From NCBI GenBank assembly GCA_044356215.1, contig JBIKWQ010000076.1, forward strand, positions 1 to 16,264: a stretch of DNA of 16,264 nucleotides. The letters are read 5' to 3'. The notes below the pieces were generated by a model that saw only the letters and a program-made list of their open reading frames with translations, was not told the origin of the DNA and searched no databases. Source of the DNA: Bdellovibrionota bacterium. Lineage in GTDB: Bacteria; Bdellovibrionota_C; UBA2361; OMII01. The position numbers and the translations under genes are program-made. Each line of letters begins with the position of its first letter. Position 1 is the stretch's first letter. Positions 9,087-16,149 of this stretch are shown here, piece after piece.

Positions 9087-10232
9087 TCAAAGTAGGGCAG
9101 CGCTTTTTGTCGCGAGTTCGCAAAAGATATCGGGAGTTACGATCTGAATCTCCGCCCTTGGATACTGCTGCACAAATCTCTCAAGGCTTCTAGGATTCTT
9201 CGTTCTTTTTGACTTCACTTCGTACGCAATGGTTCTGCCGTCTACTTCCCGAATAAAATCCACCTCAAAGTTTCCGTCGCTCCAATATGAGAGTTTGCCG
9301 GGGAGCTTGGCTAACTCAGCACCGACGGCTGCTTCGAACACGTAACCTTGCCAGGTTGCGTCGTCCCGCGAGAGAGACTCGGGGCGGTAAGCTTGGGAAA
9401 GAGCTGGAGCCAGGGGCAGGAGTTTCGGAGAGGAGCTTTTCGCTCGAATCTGATTTCCGGAGAATCTCGGGAGAAGTTTAAGGAGAAATGCGCCCTCAAT
9501 CAGCTCTAGGTAATGTCGTATGGTGGTGGTGTTTCCGCGGTCTTGAAGCTGTCCGAGAAGTTTGTTGTATGAAATGATCCGACACGGATGCTGCATGGCC
9601 AACTCAAAAGTTTGGCGGAAGAGAGCTGGTTTTAAGATCGGGATGATCCCGCCGATATCTCGACCGAGAACCGGTTCAATAATCGAATCAAGGATGAACG
9701 ACCGCCACCGTTGGTCTGAATCGATGAGGAGCGAAGCCGCAGGATATCCGCCATATAGCAGGTACTGCGGCAGGTCCCATCCAAACTCCTGTGCGCTCTC
9801 GGCATAGCTCCAATGAGTCGCTCGGTTAAGTTCAAACCGTCCGGTCAGCGCTGCGGAGAGTCCAGATTGAATAGATAGACTCGCCGATCCCAATAGCACC
9901 ACGGAGAGCTCTCGCCTCTCGCGAATAGGATCGTAGAGCTCTTTGATCGCCTCGGACCAAGAGCCAACCTTCTGGATCTCGTCTACCACGAAGAGTGTTC
10001 CAGGACCTTTTTGTTCAGCAATCTTCCACTGCATGGAGAGCCAAGAGGCGCTTTTAGGCGTTGGGTCATCCGCGGACACAAATACCTTCGGTCCTTTCCA
10101 CTGCTCTACGATTCTTCGGACTGCGGTAGTTTTGCCTACCTGTCTGGGGCCGACCAAAACCTGAATAAAAGGTAGATTTTGGGCCAACCTTTCAGCCAAA
10201 ATTGATTCAAAATGTCTAGTTATACCAGTCAT
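9087..10232 (-). CDS. AAA_14 ATPase with DUF4143 (C-terminal PD-(D/E)XK-like) domain
   Basis: Walker A GPRQVGKTT, Walker B VVDEIQK, LLGSAS, LTGRFE, YGGYP, C-terminal EVDFI...AYEVKS. Confidence 0.93.
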   Translation of the reverse strand: MTGITRHFESILAERLAQNLPFIQVLVGPRQVGKTTAVRRIVEQWKGPKVFVSADDPTPKSASWLSMQWKIAEQKGPGTLFVVDEIQKVGSWSEAIKELYDPIRERRELSVVLLGSASLSIQSGLSAALTGRFELNRATHWSYAESAQEFGWDLPQYLLYGGYPAASLLIDSDQRWRSFILDSIIEPVLGRDIGGIIPILKPALFRQTFELAMQHPCRIISYNKLLGQLQDRGNTTTIRHYLELIEGAFLLKLLPRFSGNQIRAKSSSPKLLPLAPALSQAYRPESLSRDDATWQGYVFEAAVGAELAKLPGKLSYWSDGNFEVDFIREVDGRTIAYEVKSKRTKNPRSLERFVQQYPRAEIQIVTPDIFCELATKSAALL

Positions 10233-10548
10233 ATATAGAAATACGAGATCTATCTCAAAGTTATTTTAGTAGCTTCTAGTAAAAAAGTATACCGATTATT
10301 TCCGAACTATCCAGATCAGGCCCACATCGCCTGAACTGGCATCAAGTGTTTTAACAAGGATGCCGACCACGAATAGGCAAGATAGTGAAGAGTTAGCATT
10401 ATTCAGCTGCCTCGGAGCGGATACTTGCTGCACCCCGCATTTCCGGGGCTACATACCCATCAAGCAACTTCCCCCTCCCCTTTTTCAGAACACTCCCTGT
10501 GTATGCTACGCCGCTACATTAGCGGCTATCTTTACTTTGCTCACTCGG

Positions 10549-11523
10549 CTAAAGCCGCTCAAGGTCTCTGCCAATACGGGCCAGAATCTCGGCAAGCGAT
10601 GGACGCCCCTTAAAGTACAGGCTTGCGCTCCGAGAGTACTCTTTCTCGAAGACAGCACGATCGCGCGGGTCTGCCAGTGTAAAAGCATCGCTATGTGCGA
10701 CCACGGTATCGTCACCACCAAAACGCTCCTTCTTGAAATGCTCATACTCTTCGGTTCCGATAAATTCCTGAATATCTGCCCGATCGATAAGCTGAAAGAG
10801 GTCGTAGTAGTGCCGAATGAAGTTAGCAGGGACGCTTGAGCTTGATCCCCCTTGCTTGTACATGCGAAACTTTCTAATCACCGCTTGGAGCTTTTCTACA
10901 AAAGTGAATTTGGGCTCATAGCACGGCACTGCAAGGGCGCGGTTATCGATAATGTCTATACCCGGGACGGTCACAGCGCGTTCATAAGCCCACGAGGTGA
11001 TAAGCCGCGGCTGGTTGGGAGCGGTTCGATCAAAGCCCACTTCGAGAAGGATGCCCTCTTTCAGGCCATCCGCAGCCGCAAAAAGCGATGGGTAATAGAG
11101 CCTGACACCGCCGCTCCTAATTTTCTGAGAGTCGTCGAATGTGGTGTCCCGCTCAATATCCATTACACCTGGAATCTTGCCTCGTAAGTAACTGGCCAAC
11201 CAATCAAAGTACTGAGATCGTGACTTGCGATGTTTCGGAGCGTCGTGATTCCTACCGGCATACACCTTGAACCCACACAGTCCCTCATCAGGCTCAATTT
11301 TAATGTCGATATCTTCTGAAAAGCGGTGAATGCATCCGTATCCCTTCGAGAGAGAGGTTCCTCCCTTGAGATGAAATACAAAACCCTGCTGTTGAAGCCC
11401 CCAAAGAACATGCATTAACCAGTAGTCCTTCTCAACGAGAGAGGGATCCATAATGTTCATTGCGGTCGCGGTGATCTCAACCAACTCCCTAAAGTCAGCT
11501 CTATTATGGAGACACACAGTCAC
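10549..11523 (-). CDS. abiEii: AbiEii/AbiGii-family nucleotidyltransferase toxin
   Basis: LVEKDYWL...FHLKGGTSLSKGYGCIHRFSEDIDI...ILLEVGF...TFVEKL...RHYYDL. GTG start overlaps the upstream TGA (GTGA, 11523-11520). Confidence 0.92.
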   Translation of the reverse strand: MTVCLHNRADFRELVEITATAMNIMDPSLVEKDYWLMHVLWGLQQQGFVFHLKGGTSLSKGYGCIHRFSEDIDIKIEPDEGLCGFKVYAGRNHDAPKHRKSRSQYFDWLASYLRGKIPGVMDIERDTTFDDSQKIRSGGVRLYYPSLFAAADGLKEGILLEVGFDRTAPNQPRLITSWAYERAVTVPGIDIIDNRALAVPCYEPKFTFVEKLQAVIRKFRMYKQGGSSSSVPANFIRHYYDLFQLIDRADIQEFIGTEEYEHFKKERFGGDDTVVAHSDAFTLADPRDRAVFEKEYSRSASLYFKGRPSLAEILARIGRDLERL

Positions 11524-12146
11524 TGGATCCCCTCCAGTTCGTCTCCACGTTCGAGCAGCAGCTTTAACCTCTTTTGTGAGGAGAGCGTGCCGTATTTAGA
11601 GGAAGCGATCAGAAGCCGCCTACGATTAAACCCTGCTAGTTTCTGCTGGAGAGTTGTCAACACTTGGTGACGATCTTCTGCAAGCTCATCAATACGGTTT
11701 AGTAACTCGACAACAAGAAACTCACGAGTTAGTTGCTTCGGGGCCTCTCTCCAACGATGGAAAGAATACGTGCGCCCTCCTAGGCTAAACTCGCCAACAC
11801 GCTTACGATTAAACACGATCAGACGATTGTACAGCTGCGTAGTACCTAGACCCAGCGCATTAAACTGACTCGGTCCGTATACAACAAAGCGATCATCCTT
11901 CAGGAAACTCTTCAAAAGAGACTCGGCATTGGGCGGAGCCTCACCGAATTGAGTGTTCTTCGGTGCTGCATACATTCCTTGAGAGATCTTTTTCAAATGC
12001 CCTTCAGCCACAAGCTTTGCGAGATGGCGATCAACATTGCTCGATAGGGGCGCGAGATCAGCACGACGATACACCTCCCCGGGCACGAGGGCAGACTTTA
12101 GCTTAGTAAGGATTGTATCTTGGCGCACGCTCAGCTCTCTCCACAC
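11520..12146 (-). CDS. putative type IV TA antitoxin (AbiEi/DUF6088-like wHTH protein)
   Basis: GEVYRRADL...VDRHLAKLVAEGHLKKISQGMYAAP...FNALGLGTTQL; translationally coupled to the toxin. True start may be GTG 12128. TTGACA on the minus strand at 12180-12175. Confidence 0.82.
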   Translation of the reverse strand: MWRELSVRQDTILTKLKSALVPGEVYRRADLAPLSSNVDRHLAKLVAEGHLKKISQGMYAAPKNTQFGEAPPNAESLLKSFLKDDRFVVYGPSQFNALGLGTTQLYNRLIVFNRKRVGEFSLGGRTYSFHRWREAPKQLTREFLVVELLNRIDELAEDRHQVLTTLQQKLAGFNRRRLLIASSKYGTLSSQKRLKLLLERGDELEGIQ

Positions 12147-12555
12147 TCTTAGGATGCCCCAATGCGCTACACAGTGTCAATTTTTTTCGTAATGTTTCAT
12201 GTATTAAATGCGATTTAGCAAGTACTTTCAATATATTATAGAATCCTATATAATAGTATAAATATGCAGGACAGGCTAGCGCATGGCTCTGGTACGCATT
12301 CATTCAGAGCAAGAGAAGAAGCGCGTTCCTGTTTATAGGTCTCCTTGGTAAAGGCCCGCCAGACGACGCTCCCAAGAGTAACTAGCGGCCTGGAGAGCGG
12401 CGAAAGACTATCATTAGAAAATGGTCCCAACCATGCCTGATGTCGTCGCCTTGTCAAACCAGGTGCCACGATGTGGCGAATCTTTCGGCGCGGCCCCCTA
12501 GCGAAGCTTTTTAGTAAGCACACCCGTGGTTGCTAAGGTGCTTAATCTCCCAGCA

Positions 12556-12803
12556 TTAGCTCCTCTCCTGCTCTGGTATCCCAGTTAAGAGATCAAGAGA
12601 GCTTTCTTGGAGTAACTTGCCGTTGTCGTCAGTCCGCCAGGCGAGGTTATTGTTAAGAAGATATGCGTTGAGGCACTGCCCATCGCGAGCTCTATACACT
12701 ACAGCCATGGTCCGCCCGAACTTGCCCCGCACCTGGCCGGTTCTATCGTAAGCCATTGAGGTGATTACAAGAGGCTCAGCTTTATCAAAAACCCAGGCTT
12801 CAC
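12556..12803 (-). pseudogene. thermonuclease C-terminal fragment
   Basis: EAWVFDKAEPLVITSMAYDRTGQVRGKFGRTMAVVY...CLNAYLLNNNLAW has the KFGR.LA.VY and LN..L motifs; the N-terminal DGDT part is absent. Confidence 0.65.
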
Positions 12804-12805
12804 TA

Positions 12806-12937
12806 AATGAAAATCAAACCCAGCAGAGCACCGAGGGTGACCCTGATTGCAGTTCTGTTGACCCCTATGAGGTCCTTGGAGTTACTCCCACGGCATCTCA
12901 GAGGGAACTCAACGCATGTTATCGACAGATTCTTTGA
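12806..12937 (+). pseudogene. DnaJ (J-domain) fragment
   Basis: Polar linker then DPYEVLGVTPTASQRELNACYRQIL*; stops before the HPD motif. Confidence 0.7.
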
Positions 12938-13004
12938 GGCCTAAACATCCCCTCGCAAACTCACCTTAATCCTTACCCGCACTACTTTGCAAATTGCAAC
13001 ACAA

Positions 13005-14153
13005 CTATAACCCAATCTCTCGTAAACCCTCTTGCCACGGTAGCGACCAGATCTTGCCGAACTTTCTAGCTGTCTTGCCCATGTGAAACACAAAGGCCCC
13101 CGCTACTTTCCCTTTAAATTGCTCATTGAAGAACCCCAGCCCGGTCAAGTCGTCGGTAACGATGTCATCGCTCGTCTTAACTTCAATCGCGAAGAGCTTG
13201 TTTGAGAGCTCAACGATATAATCAACTTCCAGGCCACCACGGGTTCGAAACGTGGAAACGGTTATATCCTCATCGTGCGCCCATGCGGAATGCACGAGCT
13301 GGTTGAGCACGAGCTGCTCTGCGAGAATTCCAATTCGGTCTCTACTCGCTGTGAAATTGCCCAGCATTCCGTTGGAGACACCGTTGTCGAAGAGGTAAAA
13401 TTTAGGGTGTTTGACGAGATCTATGTCGTGTTCGCGCCCTGTAAAAGGATAAAGTCGGCGTCCAATCATTGAATCCTCCAATATCTCAAAATATCGGGGC
13501 GCCGCATGGCGGGAGATCTTAGCCCTCTGAGCAAGCTTAGTAAGATCGATAAATGTTCCGAGTAAGACGCCAACTTCGCTTAAGAACCGAGCGAATGAGT
13601 TTAGGTCTCTCACTAAGGATTCAGCTTTAATCTCTTCAGCGAGGTAGACACCAGCATATGTTTTAAGTAAACGCTCGGAAAGCTCGCGGCTTTTCTCTAA
13701 GTAGACCTCCGGCAGTGTGCCAACCTCAAGAGCTTTGTTTGTATTTAGCTTGTAGTCCAATTCACTGGCTACAATTGGTCCTAAGTTGTATCGAAGAATC
13801 CTTCCCGGCAGGAGATTCGCTTCACCCCGCCGTAGTTTTCTCGCACTTGACCCGGTGAGGTAGAATTTCAGTCTCCGATTATCATCGATTATCGCTTGAA
13901 TAGAGTTCAATAGTCTGGGCAATCTTTGAATCTCATCAATAAATATCGTCGAACATTCTGAGCCGAGTATGTCATCACGGAATTGCGCCGGGTCTGACGC
14001 GTAGCGAAGGAATTGGGCCTCGTCCGCTAGATTGATTTCAAGCTCGGGCTTGAGAGCCTTGATCAGGGTGGACTTACCAACTTGTCTTGGACCGAGAAGG
14101 AGCACGCTTTTAGGAGATTTTTGCAGAGAGGAACTTAGTAATCGGGATATCAT
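13005..14153 (-). CDS. AAA_14 ATPase with DUF4143 domain
   Basis: LLGPRQVGKST, IFIDEIQR, LTGSSARKL, LLPGR, PKFYLFDNGV, FRTRGGLEVDYIV...AIEVK. Confidence 0.94.
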   Translation of the reverse strand: MISRLLSSSLQKSPKSVLLLGPRQVGKSTLIKALKPELEINLADEAQFLRYASDPAQFRDDILGSECSTIFIDEIQRLPRLLNSIQAIIDDNRRLKFYLTGSSARKLRRGEANLLPGRILRYNLGPIVASELDYKLNTNKALEVGTLPEVYLEKSRELSERLLKTYAGVYLAEEIKAESLVRDLNSFARFLSEVGVLLGTFIDLTKLAQRAKISRHAAPRYFEILEDSMIGRRLYPFTGREHDIDLVKHPKFYLFDNGVSNGMLGNFTASRDRIGILAEQLVLNQLVHSAWAHDEDITVSTFRTRGGLEVDYIVELSNKLFAIEVKTSDDIVTDDLTGLGFFNEQFKGKVAGAFVFHMGKTARKFGKIWSLPWQEGLREIGL

Positions 14154-14182
14154 ATGCTCATTTTTAGCTAAAAATGAGCATA
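14153..14182. promoter_or_regulatory. perfect 30-bp palindrome abutting the ATPase start codon (putative operator)
   Basis: TATGCTCATTTTTAG|CTAAAAATGAGCATA; its first base is the complement of the A of the ATG. Confidence 0.7.
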
Positions 14183-14467
14183 CAGCAAGCGAAATTTTCC
14201 TAGCGGCAGGGCTAGATAGCTGTTATTACATATCAGTATAGCCTGCGTGGGGCAGCAAAGGCAGCTGCCCACATACAGAGTCATGACAAGCCAAAAACGC
14301 TTTCACTACTCCTTCAGACCTCGCCATTTGACTTAAGTCTTTGACTGATGTTTGGGCCGCTAGCACCCTCTTGCTTTGCAGTCAGAGCAATGGAGTAAAT
14401 GTACTTGAATATACGGCGAGGATGTACCAGGGATGGCGATGCTTTTGGTTACGTGTGGTCGCAACCC

Positions 14468-14815
14468 TTAACCGAAAAAGCAACAGTTATCATCATTCCC
14501 AACGATCTCTAATACCTCTTCGATCCTTTTTACCTCTGAGGCTGGGGCGTAGGCGTGCCATTTAAGATCTGCCTTCATCCAATACAGCTTCCAAAGGTCT
14601 CGACTTTTGAAGTAGGTTGCCTTTGCACAGGGGTGATGTTGAATGACTTTCGGATTATCCCATTGTGGTCTGAGCTCAAATATCTCGCTGCTGTAACCTT
14701 TAATATTAGAGCCTAAATCTACCTGAGATCTAACCTGTATCGGGGGTCGGTGGGAGCTCATGAAGGCGGCGATAGCTCTTTCAATGCGCTTCTTTTCGAT
14801 ATCATTAAATGGCAT
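14468..14815 (-). CDS. DUF3024 domain-containing protein (115 aa)
   Basis: MPFNDIEKKRIE...RPP..VRSQVDLG...EIFELRPQWDNP...AKATY.KSRDLWKLYWMKADLKWHAY.P...D..CCFFG. GGAG lies 7 nt before ATG 14815, favouring it over 14941. Confidence 0.85.
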   Translation of the reverse strand: MPFNDIEKKRIERAIAAFMSSHRPPIQVRSQVDLGSNIKGYSSEIFELRPQWDNPKVIQHHPCAKATYFKSRDLWKLYWMKADLKWHAYAPASEVKRIEEVLEIVGNDDNCCFFG

Positions 14816-14836
14816 GTTGGTTCTCCACGTGAAAGT

Positions 14837-14947
14837 GCGGTTGATATAAAGGTGCTTCCGATGAAGAAAGCCGTACCTATCCAAGAGCGGCTCGATGAGA
14901 TCGGACGCATGCTTGGAGGGTGGATGAAGAGCGTTCGGCATAGGTAA
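14837..14947 (+). pseudogene. avd: Avd-like four-helix-bundle protein, C-terminal fragment
   Basis: AVDIKVLPMKKAVPIQERLDEIGRMLGGWMKSVRHR*: EIGRMLGGW is the characteristic last helix of DGR Avd proteins. Stop is 17 nt from the TR; the N-terminal part is replaced by the DUF3024 gene. Confidence 0.75.
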
Positions 14948-14964
14948 AAGGGGGGAGACAGCAG

Positions 14965-15080
14965 TTCCGGGGAGGGAGAGCCAGACGCAGCGACATTGTT
15001 GTCGTTGTCGTCGTCGTACCTGTTGACGTTGACACCGTTGTTGTCATTGGTGTTCAGCGCGAACCCAGGGACAGAGCCGC
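14965..15080 (-). repeat. DGR template repeat (TR), 116 bp
   Basis: Minus strand is rich in AAC/GAC/AAT codons (would read GSVPGFAL-NTNDNNGVNVNRYDDDNDNN-VAASGSPSPE). Identical to 15553-15665 except at adenines and one 3-nt gap. Confidence 0.96.
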
Positions 15081-15500
15081 CCTCTTTGCCCAAGCCCTTA
15101 CGGACCCACCACCGTTTGAGCGCCTTTACGCGTTTCTCACGGTTGAATTTTATTTGGAGAGGTTGTGGTGCCGTTAGCTAAGCTTCACGACCTTGGTATC
15201 GTCCGATACCAACCAGCAAGATCCCCTCACGAGACCTGGACAAGAATTGCTGCTCCCATCACAGTTCTGCACGCTCATTGAATCTAAAAGAGGCGGCTAC
15301 GCCGCCTCTCATCTGGACGCAACGACTCTGGCAGTTCCTGCAAAGTTTACTTTGCAGTTGTTACTGTGGGAACAGCCCTTGGGTGCTAGGAAGCCTTAGC
15401 CGCCTTGTCATTACCCGAGGTAATGTCAAAGATACCATGTCAACGTCTTCAGCTAAAGCTAAAAAAATTTCGATCAAAGCACCAATGATCAAAAACCCAA

Positions 15501-15517
15501 CCCCTCCTTCGGAGGGG
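15501..15517 (-). promoter_or_regulatory. DGR target-recognition hairpin/cruciform (may also act as a terminator)
   Basis: Minus strand CCCCTCC-GAA-GGAGGGG: 7-bp stem, GAA triloop, 23 nt past the target stop, followed by TTGGGTTTTT. Confidence 0.75.
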
Positions 15518-15540
15518 ATCAAGAAATCAATGATCAACTA

Positions 15541-16149
15541 TCAATTTTTTAATTCCGGGGAGGGAGAGCCAGACGCAGCGACATGGCCGAAGCCGACGAC
15601 GCACCCGAAGACGCGGACACCGTAGGAGACATGGGTGCACAGCGCGAACCCAGGGACAGAGCCGCGTACCCAGAAGCCGTCAAACAGGTCTGCTCCTTCA
15701 TGCTTACAAGCATGGATCGCTGCTGCTAGCGCCTGGTCTCTCGGATCGGAGAAAACAAGGGTTTTGGCCTCGAGAACACTTACCTGGGTAGTGCTATTCT
15801 CTCCCTTCGTACCCTTAACTACTCCCGTGATGGTGATCTCCCTAGCTTGCGAGTAGTCCCGCGTCTCACAATGGGCCGGGAATGCTTTAGGCAAATTCTC
15901 AAGCCATTCGAGATCACCCGCATAGATCGCGTCTCTATTGAACTCAGAGTGATTCTTCCTAAAGTACTCATTAAGAGCCTTCATCGCTTCAACATCGGTA
16001 ACGCCGGCGGGAACGGTGAATGTAGAGACTCCCGTATTCTTATCGAATGCGTAGGACTTAACCATCTCTTCCGCTATCTGAAGCGAAGTCTTTTGGGCGG
16101 TGGTGACTCCAGCTGATGTAGACACCTCATCCCCTCTAAGAGCTCGCAA
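15541..16149 (-). CDS. DGR target (variable) protein, family not recognised
   Basis: Open 202-codon frame ending in the VR. Likelier start is GTG 16125, which has AGAGGGG 5 nt upstream. Confidence 0.88.
   Translation of the reverse strand: MRALRGDEVSTSAGVTTAQKTSLQIAEEMVKSYAFDKNTGVSTFTVPAGVTDVEAMKALNEYFRKNHSEFNRDAIYAGDLEWLENLPKAFPAHCETRDYSQAREITITGVVKGTKGENSTTQVSVLEAKTLVFSDPRDQALAAAIHACKHEGADLFDGFWVRGSVPGFALCTHVSYGVRVFGCVVGFGHVAASGSPSPELKN
15553..15665 (-). repeat. DGR variable repeat (VR), 113 bp, at the 3' end of the target gene
   Basis: Encodes GSVPGFAL-CTHVSYGVRVFGCVVGFGH-VAASGSPSPE; 20 substitutions versus the TR, all at TR adenines. Confidence 0.96.

Noticed and set aside
5191..13472. 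Numerous short ORFs antisense to abiEii, abiEi, fic and the ATPase genes
   Set aside because: Shadow ORFs overlapping well-supported genes, with no motifs of their own.
14816..14941. N-terminal extension of the DUF3024 ORF from ATG 14941, or an RT starting right after the TR
   Set aside because: No RT motifs; the stretch is the antisense of the avd fragment, and ATG 14815 has its own SD.
14758..15093. 111-aa Asn/Asp-rich ORF on the minus strand
   Set aside because: It is the reading frame of the TR (AAC/GAC codons) running on into antisense avd; the TR most likely acts as RNA.
15193..15212. A third AbiEi operator (contains GGTATC and GATACC)
   Set aside because: The half-sites are in the opposite order with different spacing from the 6811 and 6884 repeats; probably coincidence.
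15190..15520. CRISPR array or tRNA in the hairpin-rich spacer
   Set aside because: The hairpins differ in sequence and are irregularly spaced; no cloverleaf or T-loop consensus seen.
15193..15625. + strand ORFs 15193-15399 and 15278-15625 as avd
   Set aside because: No Avd or helical-bundle motif; they run across the hairpins and antisense to the VR.
5124..16149. Integron cassette array, suggested by co-oriented TA genes and DUF3024
   Set aside because: I found no recurring attC-like RYYYAAC...GTTRRRY sites after the stop codons and no integrase; the genes carry their own promoter-like regions. IntegronFinder would settle it.
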